Virus record (IMG/VR): IMGVR_UViG_3300025769_000126 | Coordinates: 1 to 58,368 of that record | Length of the DNA stretch: 58,368 nucleotides | DNA from: a virus | Lineage: Duplodnaviria > Caudoviricetes | Reading direction: 5' to 3' (one strand) | In this document: positions 8,946 to 17,050 of the stretch, piece after piece | Numbering within the stretch: the first letter of the stretch is position 1 | Layout of the letters: each line of letters opens with the position of its first letter | The notes under the pieces: model-generated | The model's database searches: none | Seen by the model: the letters and a program-made list of their open reading frames with translations, nothing else | Told to the model about the DNA's origin: nothing | Translations under genes and position numbers: made by a program

Positions 8946-9181
8946 TCATGAGTGACATAGATAAAAACACATTCCGTTTACATGTATTACTTGCAAGTTG
9001 TAAAGATTACACATATCTCAATAGCTTGAGTAAAACCAAAGACTTTCAAATCTCTACGCTGTGCCGACAAGTGTGCACTGAAAACGCTGAATGGGTGGAT
9101 GAAATACTGAGTTTAGACGCAGAAAAAGTCAATAAAAACGCATTAATAGACAAATTTATAAGAATAGTAAAGCATTTATAG
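8939..9181 (+). CDS. Hypothetical protein
   Basis: ORF track; coupled to the upstream gene. Confidence 0.7.
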   Translation: MLIMSDIDKNTFRLHVLLASCKDYTYLNSLSKTKDFQISTLCRQVCTENAEWVDEILSLDAEKVNKNALIDKFIRIVKHL

Positions 9182-9194
9182 AACAAAGTAGATA

Positions 9195-9374
9195 ATGAGC
9201 ATAGAAGAATTAAAAGATAAAACAAAAGAATTGTGCTTAGATTACCCGGAGTTTAAAGAAGACTTGATGGACTTATACCATCTTGCACTTGACGAGATCG
9301 GTCAAGGTGGATCAACTTGGCACGAGTGTGAACTAGCACTATCAGATATGGAGTATTTAATAAACACTAAATAA
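9195..9374 (+). CDS. Hypothetical acidic protein (59 aa)
   Basis: Read manually: MSIEELKDKTKELCLDYPEFKEDLMDLYHLALDEIGQGGS...; fills the gap in the operon. Confidence 0.7.
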   Translation: MSIEELKDKTKELCLDYPEFKEDLMDLYHLALDEIGQGGSTWHECELALSDMEYLINTK

Positions 9375-9382
9375 TTATAAAA

Positions 9383-9565
9383 ATGAGATATTCAGTAGAA
9401 TTAAGAGAACACACAGAAAGCGGTGACTACACAGAAGAGCACTACGACTTCGAAACAGAGAGACAAGCATTGACATTCGCAAGAATTAACATGAGAGATT
9501 TACACTCTGTACTTGACTATGGAGAAGAAGAATATGACCCTAAAGATATAACACACAGAGCATAA
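9383..9565 (+). CDS. Hypothetical acidic protein
   Basis: ORF track. Confidence 0.7.
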   Translation: MRYSVELREHTESGDYTEEHYDFETERQALTFARINMRDLHSVLDYGEEEYDPKDITHRA

Positions 9566-9759
9566 TGAAAATAGATTTAAGTAAAATAGAAAACCCATAC
9601 GTCAACGGAATAGATTGGAGCGACTACCCACGCTTCTGTGACGCCTACTTGGAATCAGGTGAGATTGATGGTAGAGAATTAACCGACGAAGAAGTAGAAT
9701 TAGTGAATGAAGAACACACTGACTGGGTGTATGAACAGTTAAACAGACAACTATACTAA
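9565..9759 (+). CDS. Hypothetical acidic protein
   Basis: TAATG overlap with the upstream gene; GIDWSDYPRFCDAY. Confidence 0.75.
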   Translation: MKIDLSKIENPYVNGIDWSDYPRFCDAYLESGEIDGRELTDEEVELVNEEHTDWVYEQLNRQLY

Positions 9760-9771
9760 AGAAAAAATAAA

Positions 9772-9981
9772 ATGAAATTAGACATAGACATGTATGAAAC
9801 ATCGTATCTACTCACTATGATTGAAGAGGAGATATCTAAAACAGAGAAGCTTCAAATAAACTGGTATGGTGAGGATATAGATTTTGAAACACCAACAATA
9901 CTCCAGCAGAAGATCGCTAGACTTAAATCATTAAAAGAAAGAATACTTAATAAAGCACAAGAAACACTAAGTTATGAGTAG
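9772..9981 (+). CDS. Hypothetical protein
   Basis: ORF track. Confidence 0.7.
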   Translation: MKLDIDMYETSYLLTMIEEEISKTEKLQINWYGEDIDFETPTILQQKIARLKSLKERILNKAQETLSYE

Positions 9982-10156
9982 TAAGAAAAAGAACGATAAC
10001 ATTACACCTAAAGGTAAAATCAACAGTAAAGTAGTGCATGTAAGAGCAGGGTCTCTGATTGCTGTAGAAGAAGACTACTATGTGAGAGTAACTAAAGATT
10101 ACGAAGAGAGGGTTTCTAACAGTGAGATACCTTCATGGATAAGGGGAATGTACTAA
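9974..10156 (+). CDS. Hypothetical protein
   Basis: ORF track; overlaps the upstream stop. Confidence 0.65.
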   Translation: MSSKKKNDNITPKGKINSKVVHVRAGSLIAVEEDYYVRVTKDYEERVSNSEIPSWIRGMY

Positions 10157-10165
10157 TAAAAAACT

Positions 10166-10363
10166 ATGAGTAAGAAACAAACATTTCCACAAGTATGGCG
10201 AACCATTAAGTTTAAGAGTGATGTTATAGGTAGAAAGTATAGCGACGAAGTTATGTATTCCTACGACACTACAATTAATTCTGAAAAAGAGCTGAATAAA
10301 TTCTTTGAAGATGCACCACACGAAAGTTGTTATGAGTTAAGAAGATACACTCGTTTCAAATAA
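10166..10363 (+). CDS. Hypothetical protein
   Basis: ORF track. Confidence 0.7.
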   Translation: MSKKQTFPQVWRTIKFKSDVIGRKYSDEVMYSYDTTINSEKELNKFFEDAPHESCYELRRYTRFK

Positions 10364-10383
10364 AATACGATAACTATAAGATA
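10357..10383 (+). promoter_or_regulatory. Class A motif, copy 5
   Basis: CAAATAAAATACGATAACTATAAGATA. Confidence 0.75.
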
Positions 10384-10391
10384 ATAATAAC

Positions 10392-10610
10392 ATGAATATA
10401 CAAATTTGCAAATGCGGCGGTCCTATCCACCCAGTTAGAATTAAACTATCATACAACACTTGTGTCAAGTGTAGTACAACTGAACCATATGGCGCAGTGC
10501 CGATCACTAACCATAAAACAGGTAATAGCTTTCAGTTCATGCCAAAGTCACAAGCAGATAGTATTAACAAAGCTGCAAGGCGCAAAGGTTATGGAACATG
10601 TTTAAGATAA
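10392..10610 (+). CDS. DksA/TraR-like C4 zinc-finger protein
   Basis: CKCGGPIHPVRIKLSYNTCVKC resembles the C..CG..I...R.......C..C finger. Confidence 0.6.
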   Translation: MNIQICKCGGPIHPVRIKLSYNTCVKCSTTEPYGAVPITNHKTGNSFQFMPKSQADSINKAARRKGYGTCLR

Positions 10611-10677
10611 TTAAATAATATACACTATATGAATAAAATTAAAACATCTCAATAGTACACAATAAATAGTAACACTT

Positions 10678-11073
10678 ATGTATAATTATAATAATATACC
10701 ATTTAAGGATCGCCACAAGGTGGAAGATGCTTACGCTAAGTCACTAGAAATAATATATGGCATACAAGAAATAACCACCTCTAGCCAACGTAACAATGGT
10801 ACAAGATCATTTCTTATGCCAACAGGTCAACGTATCGCTTGCTTTGAGTCAGGTTATGTAAGAAAATTATCTCCTACGAGTAGATGGTATCAACTAAACA
10901 GAAAATACCTAAAAGAAACTAGGTATACTTTAATGAACAGCAATGGCGATCTTAGCACTAGAAAAACTATGTGTTGGGAGCGTGAACTAATACTAAACCC
11001 ACTTGCGCGCATGAAGTATATGCTAGAGTTTTACTTGAGAAACTATAAAAAAAATAAAGAAAAAATAAAATGA
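10678..11073 (+). CDS. Hypothetical protein
   Basis: ORF track, 131 aa. Confidence 0.8.
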   Translation: MYNYNNIPFKDRHKVEDAYAKSLEIIYGIQEITTSSQRNNGTRSFLMPTGQRIACFESGYVRKLSPTSRWYQLNRKYLKETRYTLMNSNGDLSTRKTMCWERELILNPLARMKYMLEFYLRNYKKNKEKIK

Positions 11074-11080
11074 AAAATAA

Positions 11081-11281
11081 ATGAATTTTAAATATATAAC
11101 AGTATTAGATTACGAAGACGGCATAGTATATGAGTATAAGCTACAACAACTGCTAAAAGAGTACTCTTTAGACGAAGATAAATTTCAGGCAGAGGATATA
11201 GAAGATATACTATACAAGAGAGGACACTCTAAATGGCATATCGAGTGGATGTGTAATAAAGAGTTTATTGCATGTGACTAG
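11081..11281 (+). CDS. Hypothetical protein
   Basis: ORF track. Confidence 0.75.
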   Translation: MNFKYITVLDYEDGIVYEYKLQQLLKEYSLDEDKFQAEDIEDILYKRGHSKWHIEWMCNKEFIACD

Positions 11282-11318
11282 TATTTCTTCGAAATGTAAG
11301 TATAAATATAAAAGACAA

Positions 11319-11534
11319 ATGAAGAAGAATAAGAAGAAGAGTGAAGACACAGAACTAGACGCAACAATAAGAGACCTGTCTAAGGTTCTAGCTGAAGACC
11401 TAATGGAGAGCTTAAACCATGCTATATCTTGGGCTATAACAGATACAGTGATAAACGAACTACCAGGTGATGAGTGGATTACTGCTATAAATAGATTATT
11501 CGATGCTACTATAAATGAAATAAGTTGCAAATAA
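11319..11534 (+). CDS. Hypothetical protein
   Basis: Likely start ATG 11319 (MKKNKKK) within track ORF 11268..11534. Confidence 0.7.
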   Translation: MKKNKKKSEDTELDATIRDLSKVLAEDLMESLNHAISWAITDTVINELPGDEWITAINRLFDATINEISCK

Positions 11535-11554
11535 AATACGATCGCTAATCGATA
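11528..11554 (+). promoter_or_regulatory. Class A motif, copy 6
   Basis: CAAATAAAATACGATCGCTAATCGATA; the downstream ATAATACCAAATAAA is shared with copy 4. Confidence 0.75.
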
Positions 11555-11577
11555 ATAATACCAAATAAAAAACAAAC

Positions 11578-11772
11578 ATGAAAACAGTTAATTTAAAAAC
11601 TTTTGTAGAATTCACACCAATAGAGAAAAACGTGTTAATTATGTCCTTAGAGTGTTTAAAAGAAGTAGTTGATGATGTACTACAGGATACTAATACACCT
11701 ATTGAAGCAGAACCAGTACTACAAGAAAGAATAAAAGCTTTTGAATCTATAAGACAAAAGCTGGGCATATAG
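11578..11772 (+). CDS. Hypothetical protein
   Basis: ORF track. Confidence 0.7.
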   Translation: MKTVNLKTFVEFTPIEKNVLIMSLECLKEVVDDVLQDTNTPIEAEPVLQERIKAFESIRQKLGI

Positions 11773-11932
11773 TTAGAGGTTGCAGTGTGCTATACACGTT
11801 CATGGTTTTATTAGTTGCAGCGGCGGCAAGGAAAAAGGGTTAACAGTACTGTGTACAAACCAATAACCCCGAAAAACACGGTGAAAGCCCAGTTGTTAGG
11901 TACACGCAGTCGCCGCTAACCTCTAACATATG
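11766..11932 (+). ncRNA. Candidate structured non-coding RNA, class unknown
   Basis: Nested helices 11772-81/11918-27, 11819-27/11909-17 and 11837-42/11864-69, plus a GGT-GAAA-GCC tetraloop; no ORF of 60 aa or more. Confidence 0.6.
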
Positions 11933-12013
11933 TTTAGTATAAATTTGTCACCTGAAACACAAGCCTTAGTTTTTCAGTAAAAACTAGTTCTTTTTGGAAC
12001 GAACGGTGGATGC

Positions 12014-12114
12014 CAGCTAGGTCAGGTAAAACATTGTACAAGTAAACGTTTTCACGAGCTTGTAGTGTACATAGGCTACCGACGGGTATAAGAGTTCGAT
12101 TCTCTCACTAGCTG
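12014..12114 (+). ncRNA. tRNA-like element with a long inserted helix
   Basis: CAGCTAG/CTAGCTG stem; T-arm AGAG-TTCGATT-CTCT; internal helices GTCAGGTA/TACCGAC and TACAAG/CTTGTA. Confidence 0.5.
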
Positions 12115-12116
12115 CT

Positions 12117-12374
12117 ATGTTAAAACAACTTAATAAAATGAAGAAAAACAAAGAAATAGATCTACCTAAGTGGTACGATGGAGCTAAATATTTTAGCGGG
12201 GATATTGTAACAAACCCTTTTTCTGGCCAAAGTTATGAGTTAACAGCTAACGAGCTTGCTATGTATGACTTAATAATGGGTGCTAACTTAACGCGTAACT
12301 GGAAGATAGTTCAAAAAGGCTGCGACTGGTTTAGGCGAGCAAACCCTGAAGCGTATATGTGTCTCTTAGACTAG
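12117..12374 (+). CDS. Hypothetical protein
   Basis: ORF track; ends NPEAYMCLLD. Confidence 0.8.
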   Translation: MLKQLNKMKKNKEIDLPKWYDGAKYFSGDIVTNPFSGQSYELTANELAMYDLIMGANLTRNWKIVQKGCDWFRRANPEAYMCLLD

Positions 12375-12410
12375 TATCAATAACGAAGCAGAACAAATAA
12401 AATTAGCGTT

Positions 12411-13016
12411 ATGAATCTACTTACACAAAATAGTAAACTTAAAAAAACAAGTCAAGAGCTAGGCGTACGAGTGTTCAACTTCGGCCTACCAGCATACAAA
12501 TCACAGTCTGGTAAACTAATATGCCCTATGGCGGACTCTTGCGTGAAGTTTTGCTATGCACGTAAAGGTGCGTACATCTGGTCCAATGTAAAACCAGCGT
12601 TTGAGAAGCGTTATGAATTATCAAAAACAGACGACTTCGTTAATAAAATGTACGATGAGATAGTTAAGAAGAAGCCTGACTACGTAAGGGTACACGACAG
12701 CGGTGACTACTATTCCCGTAAGTATCTTAATAAGTGGATCGACATAGCCCTGCTCTTTCCTAAAGTAAAATTCTATAGCTATACTAATATGGTGCAGCTA
12801 ACGAAAGAAGTAGACTTGCCTTCAAACTTTGATATCATATATAGTGATAGCGGTAAACAATCGCATCTTATTGATACTGAAGTAGATAGACATACAAAAA
12901 TATTTGGTTCTGAACAAGAACTGGATCGAGCAGGGTATGTTAACGCGTCTAAAGTTGATTTGTTTGCGACAAAGTGGTTCAGTAAAAATAAAAAAGTAGG
13001 ACTAATATTTCACTAA
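12411..13016 (+). CDS. GP88-like (radical-SAM-like Fe-S) protein
   Basis: NSKL, CPMADSCVKFCYA, RVHDSGDY and FYSYT motifs. Confidence 0.75.
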   Translation: MNLLTQNSKLKKTSQELGVRVFNFGLPAYKSQSGKLICPMADSCVKFCYARKGAYIWSNVKPAFEKRYELSKTDDFVNKMYDEIVKKKPDYVRVHDSGDYYSRKYLNKWIDIALLFPKVKFYSYTNMVQLTKEVDLPSNFDIIYSDSGKQSHLIDTEVDRHTKIFGSEQELDRAGYVNASKVDLFATKWFSKNKKVGLIFH

Positions 13017-13017
13017 A

Positions 13018-13245
13018 ATGACAAGAAAAGACATATTAAATAAGTCTAGAGAATATAGTACCAAAGATAAAGAGGTTTCAGGAATGTTAGAATCTTTAAT
13101 ACAGTTAAAGTTTCACTACATACCACAGCTGCTACAGTATTTTGAACCAATAAAAGAAGGGAATAGGTATTTCCCACATATGGTAAAGCTTAAAGAAAAG
13201 TTTAAAAACTTAGATAACAAACAGAATACGATCACTAACGGATAA
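13018..13245 (+). CDS. Hypothetical protein
   Basis: ORF track. Confidence 0.65.
   Translation: MTRKDILNKSREYSTKDKEVSGMLESLIQLKFHYIPQLLQYFEPIKEGNRYFPHMVKLKEKFKNLDNKQNTITNG
13218..13244 (+). promoter_or_regulatory. Class A motif, copy 7
   Basis: CAAACAGAATACGATCACTAACGGATA. Confidence 0.7.
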
Positions 13246-13264
13246 CGATATATAATAATTAAAC

Positions 13265-13696
13265 ATGGCAAGTACAAGAGAATTAGATTCGGTATATATG
13301 GGCATAGCTCATGAAGTAAGTATACTGAGTAAGTGTAACAGGAAGAAAGTCGGAGCTGTAATAGTAAAAGACAACAATATATTATCGTTTGGCTACAACG
13401 GAACACCGAGTGGCATGTGTAATGACTGTGAAGAAAACAATACTACTAAGTGGTATGTACTTCACGCTGAGTCAAATGCAATATTGAAAATTGCTAAGTC
13501 AACACTGAGCTCAGAAGGTAGCACGTTATACTGTACGCTTTCTCCGTGTGATGAATGTTGCAAACTAATTATGCAATCTGGGATAACTAGAGTTATATAT
13601 GAAGATGTTTACGAAAAATCTACAAAGGGATTAGATCTTATGATTGAGCACGGAATTGAGGTTGCAAGTTTATATAAAAACACAGCATGGAGTTAA
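13265..13696 (+). CDS. dCMP deaminase
   Basis: KVGAVIV, GYNGTPSG, HAESNAI and SPCDEC. Confidence 0.92.
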   Translation: MASTRELDSVYMGIAHEVSILSKCNRKKVGAVIVKDNNILSFGYNGTPSGMCNDCEENNTTKWYVLHAESNAILKIAKSTLSSEGSTLYCTLSPCDECCKLIMQSGITRVIYEDVYEKSTKGLDLMIEHGIEVASLYKNTAWS

Positions 13697-13720
13697 TTTT
13701 TAACCACATAGAGCAAACTT

Positions 13721-14218
13721 ATGAACAAATTATTAATAACAACTATAGCAATAAGCTTAGCGATGCCAAAGAGCAACACGAGTAATGTTATACACAAGTC
13801 CTTTCCGACAGACGAGCAAGTAAAAGTAACGATCGAGTCCGCTCCGACAGACGAGCAAGCAAAAGTAACGATCAAGTCGTCATTGGAAGATCTAATCAAC
13901 GCGATCATTTATGTAGAAAGTAGAGGCGATGACTCTGCGATAGGTGATAATGGTTTAGCTGTAGGTTGTTTACAAATACATCCTATATGCATCAGGGAGG
14001 CCAATAGAATCATCGGGTTTGATTCTTTTTGTCTAGATGACAGATATAATAGGCAACAGTCTATAAACGTATTTAAGACCATTAAAAAACGTTATGCAAA
14101 TAAGTCGAATGAAGCTATAGCGCGCAACTGGAATGGCGGACCACTTGGTTATAAAAAGAAATCAACTATTAAATATTGGAATAAAGTCCAAACACGTTTA
14201 CAAAATAAATACGAATAA
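13721..14218 (+). CDS. Lysozyme-like (i-type/destabilase or transglycosylase) protein with N-terminal signal
   Basis: AIIYVES, GCLQI and ARNWNGGP motifs; hydrophobic N-terminus. Confidence 0.75.
   Translation: MNKLLITTIAISLAMPKSNTSNVIHKSFPTDEQVKVTIESAPTDEQAKVTIKSSLEDLINAIIYVESRGDDSAIGDNGLAVGCLQIHPICIREANRIIGFDSFCLDDRYNRQQSINVFKTIKKRYANKSNEAIARNWNGGPLGYKKKSTIKYWNKVQTRLQNKYE
13804..13878 (+). repeat. 39-bp-period in-frame tandem duplication
   Basis: Encodes PTDEQVKVTIES / PTDEQAKVTIKS. Confidence 0.9.
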
Positions 14219-14227
14219 CTAAAGATA
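14201..14227 (+). promoter_or_regulatory. Class A motif, copy 8
   Basis: CAAAATAAATACGAATAACTAAAGATA. Confidence 0.75.
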
Positions 14228-14235
14228 ATAAATAC

Positions 14236-14760
14236 ATGAATATATTTTATTTAGACGCAGATCCAGATACGGCTGCTAGGTTACAGTACAACAAACACGT
14301 TGTAAAAATGGTTCTTGAGTCAGCTCAAATGTTATGCTCGGCGCATCATTTTCATGGCAATGGTGACAACGTTCCATACAAAGTAAGCCACATTAACCAT
14401 CCAAGCACTATCTGGACTCGTTCTAATACTAAGCATTACAATTGGTTATACAACCATATGATGGCTTTAGGAGACGAATATACTAATCGTTATAAGAAAA
14501 CACATCTTACAATAATTAAATGCAAAGATGCTCTTAAATGGCCTCCTATGGGTATGACTACGTCAGATTTTAAGCAACCTCCACAGGCAATGCCAGACAA
14601 ATATAAAAGCGAATGTAGTATTAAGGCTTATTGGAAATATTATATAGCGGAAAAACACACAGTGGCTAATAAAGACGAAAAAATTTATGAAGAATATCCT
14701 ATTAACTATTCATTAATAAGATTATTTAAACGAAAATTGAATATGAATTATACAACTTAA
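14236..14760 (+). CDS. Pyrimidine-dimer glycosylase / T4 endonuclease V-like protein
   Basis: MNIFYLD, KHVVKMVLESAQML, HINHPSTIW and PPQAMPD. Confidence 0.7.
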   Translation: MNIFYLDADPDTAARLQYNKHVVKMVLESAQMLCSAHHFHGNGDNVPYKVSHINHPSTIWTRSNTKHYNWLYNHMMALGDEYTNRYKKTHLTIIKCKDALKWPPMGMTTSDFKQPPQAMPDKYKSECSIKAYWKYYIAEKHTVANKDEKIYEEYPINYSLIRLFKRKLNMNYTT

Positions 14761-14778
14761 ATATAAAAGCATAAAACA

Positions 14779-14821
14779 TGACATTAGCCCTATAGGTTCC
14801 TTAAATAATAGGCTATTGTCA
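14779..14821. repeat. 43-bp inverted-repeat element, copy 3 (opposite orientation)
   Basis: TGACATTAGCC-N21-GGCTATTGTCA. Confidence 0.9.
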
Positions 14822-14870
14822 CCCTGAGTAATTCAACACATGTAAAAATAAACAAAGTAAATATTTAAAA

Positions 14871-15266
14871 ATGGAAAAAACACAAACAAAATTAAAGCAA
14901 GAACTACAAGCAAGCCTAGAGTCACTTGAGAGAATTAACAAAATGAATATGCGGCTAAACCAGGATCAAATTAATGCAGCTAAATTAGAAATTGAAGCAG
15001 CTAAAGTTAAGCTAAATGAAATAGATTGTAGACCAGTGTTGGGACGTCAAGATGTTGATGCTATTGATAAAGCAATAAGTGAAGCTTTTGAGGAGTTTGA
15101 CTTCGAAGATCCTCGTGGCTATGATTTTCAATACTCAATAGATTACGATAATACTATATATGTTGATTCTATGGAAACAAATAAAGTTCAAGATGTTATG
15201 TACGAAATATCTAGTGCTATTCTTAAACTATTTAAAATCGAAGAACATGGAGAAAATGAAGAGTAA
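14871..15266 (+). CDS. Hypothetical coiled-coil protein
   Basis: ORF track. Confidence 0.8.
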   Translation: MEKTQTKLKQELQASLESLERINKMNMRLNQDQINAAKLEIEAAKVKLNEIDCRPVLGRQDVDAIDKAISEAFEEFDFEDPRGYDFQYSIDYDNTIYVDSMETNKVQDVMYEISSAILKLFKIEEHGENEE

Positions 15267-15483
15267 AATAATGTCTATAATATTTAGTGATTCATCAGTA
15301 GTTAGTGGAGCATCGTTTGATAAGTTCAAAAAGAAACTATCAATACAGTTTAAGTCCAGAGAAGAACCTTACGTCTTTGATAACGTACCATTTTCGATCT
15401 TTAATAAGCTTCGTAATGCTGAATCTAAAGGTGTATTCATAAATGAGGAGATCCTTGGAGTATATAAGAATGAGGCTAAATAA
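15247..15483 (+). CDS. KTSC-domain protein
   Basis: SSVVSGASFD...LSIQFK...YVFDNVP...AESKGVFINEEI; start ATG 15247. Confidence 0.8.
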   Translation: MEKMKSKIMSIIFSDSSVVSGASFDKFKKKLSIQFKSREEPYVFDNVPFSIFNKLRNAESKGVFINEEILGVYKNEAK

Positions 15484-15560
15484 GCTGCAAAGCAAGTAGG
15501 AAATATTTTTTTAAAAAAAAATAAAACAAGATGAAGATTAATGTTGCGGCATTTAAAACA

Positions 15561-15603
15561 TGACAATAGCCTATAAAGATCCTTAAGTAATAGGCTAATG
15601 TCA
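15561..15603. repeat. 43-bp inverted-repeat element, copy 4
   Basis: TGACAATAGCC-N21-GGCTAATGTCA, 27 bp upstream of the HTH gene. Confidence 0.9.
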
Positions 15604-15630
15604 TCCCCCCCTAGATATAAAGTAATAACG

Positions 15631-16251
15631 ATGTCACAAGAAAGAAAAATACAATGGTTACATAGTAAACGCGTAATAACCCGCTGTATCCCTTGGAGTG
15701 ACGAACCTAGTGAGGAAACTGATATATACATGTACTATAAACACGGAACACACCAATGTTATACATTGTTTGCTAGTAAGGCAAAGATTACAACATATAG
15801 GTCTCTTAAGTGGCATTTTTTAGCAATATACTTTTTAAACCAAGAGTACTCCGATGATAAATTCTTAGAACATGTCTTTAGATTTATAGCTGACAAAGAA
15901 AATGGTTTTACAACTTTTTTTATAAGCAAAAAAACACTGAACGATATAATAGAAGATGTGTTTGCACAAGGCGGTGAGCCTCCAGTAAATAAGATACGTA
16001 AGGTTATATTTAAACCACCTGCTTGGCATTTTACCTTAAGTGAAAAACTAAGTATTGTGGGTAGGTTAATCGGCAGGGTGAAGTTGGACAAAACTATATT
16101 ATACCAGTGCATGTTAGATATAAACGATGCTGGTCAAAAAATAACAGTTAAAAGGCTATCGTCACTACTCGGTGTTACACCTAGAACAATTTATCGCCAC
16201 ATGTGCGACACTTTAAAACAAGAAAAAACAATATTAAATGAAAAGCTATAA
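15631..16251 (+). CDS. DNA-binding protein with C-terminal helix-turn-helix
   Basis: ITVKRLSSLLGVTPRTIYRHM; likely start MSQERK at 15631. Confidence 0.75.
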   Translation: MSQERKIQWLHSKRVITRCIPWSDEPSEETDIYMYYKHGTHQCYTLFASKAKITTYRSLKWHFLAIYFLNQEYSDDKFLEHVFRFIADKENGFTTFFISKKTLNDIIEDVFAQGGEPPVNKIRKVIFKPPAWHFTLSEKLSIVGRLIGRVKLDKTILYQCMLDINDAGQKITVKRLSSLLGVTPRTIYRHMCDTLKQEKTILNEKL

Positions 16252-16990
16252 TGTAGATAATTATATTAGATATAAAAAAGACGTAGATCGATCAATAATC
16301 GATGGTAAATTCTGGGACGAATATTCTAGAGATGAACTAATAACAAAGTTTTTACCGTTAGTAGAAAACTTAGCCAAGAAATTTTCAACATCACAACAAG
16401 CATCTGGTGTACTTAGCATAAATGATCTAATACAAGAAGGATCTGTTGGTCTGGTTGCTGCTGTAGATAGGATTGATTGGGAAAAGTTACTAGCCTCTAA
16501 CGATATTGAGAAAACAATAAAGTCTTTTTTAAGTAAAAGAATTAAAGGAGCAATAAGAAGAGCTGTAGACACACACAGAGGTAACATACGCATACCAGAG
16601 CATAAGCTAAATGAAATACGAAAAGATTTCGGTAAAGATAAGAGAATGGTTGAAATGTTCTTTAATAGTATATTTTTAAGCACCGATGCAAAACCTAACC
16701 AAGACGAAAACTTAGCTTACCAGATAGCTGACGAGTCAGAGCCATACAATGTAGAGCTATTAAACGCATATCTAAAAAGCTTACTTAAAAAACATCTTAA
16801 CGAAAGAGAATATGAAGTTTTAAGATTGAGCTACGGGTTGGACTGTGATAAGCACAGCGCTAAGCAAATAGCAGAAGAACTTAATATAAATGGTTCATCT
16901 GCTTATGTCCGCGTATCACAACTAAAAAAGCAGGCTGTTGATAAACTAATAGACAAAGTAGACCACTCGCAAGTGCTTGACTATCTTTAA
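16238..16990 (+). CDS. Phage sigma-70-family RNA polymerase sigma factor
   Basis: DLIQEGSVGLVAAVD (region 2.2), IRIPEH (region 3.0), LNEREYEVLRLSYGL...RVSQLKKQAVDKL (region 4). Confidence 0.92.
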   Translation: MKSYNVDNYIRYKKDVDRSIIDGKFWDEYSRDELITKFLPLVENLAKKFSTSQQASGVLSINDLIQEGSVGLVAAVDRIDWEKLLASNDIEKTIKSFLSKRIKGAIRRAVDTHRGNIRIPEHKLNEIRKDFGKDKRMVEMFFNSIFLSTDAKPNQDENLAYQIADESEPYNVELLNAYLKSLLKKHLNEREYEVLRLSYGLDCDKHSAKQIAEELNINGSSAYVRVSQLKKQAVDKLIDKVDHSQVLDYL

Positions 16991-16999
16991 GTTAAGTAT

Positions 17000-17026
17000 T
17001 AAATTTCAATAAAAACATGTAATTAT
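17000..17026 (+). promoter_or_regulatory. Class B promoter-like motif
   Basis: TAAA-N15-GTAATTAT upstream of the ERF gene. Confidence 0.45.
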
Positions 17027-17050
17027 AATTAAACATACCAAGATACCAAA

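Noticed and set aside
11766-11932. Assignment to hammerhead, twister, SRP or RNase P
   Set aside because: Core consensus elements such as CUGANGA or GAGGAAAGUCC are absent; left unclassified.
7972-12114. Canonical tRNA genes or attP of a temperate phage
   Set aside because: No anticodon arm or proper D-arm, and no integrase or repressor module recognised.
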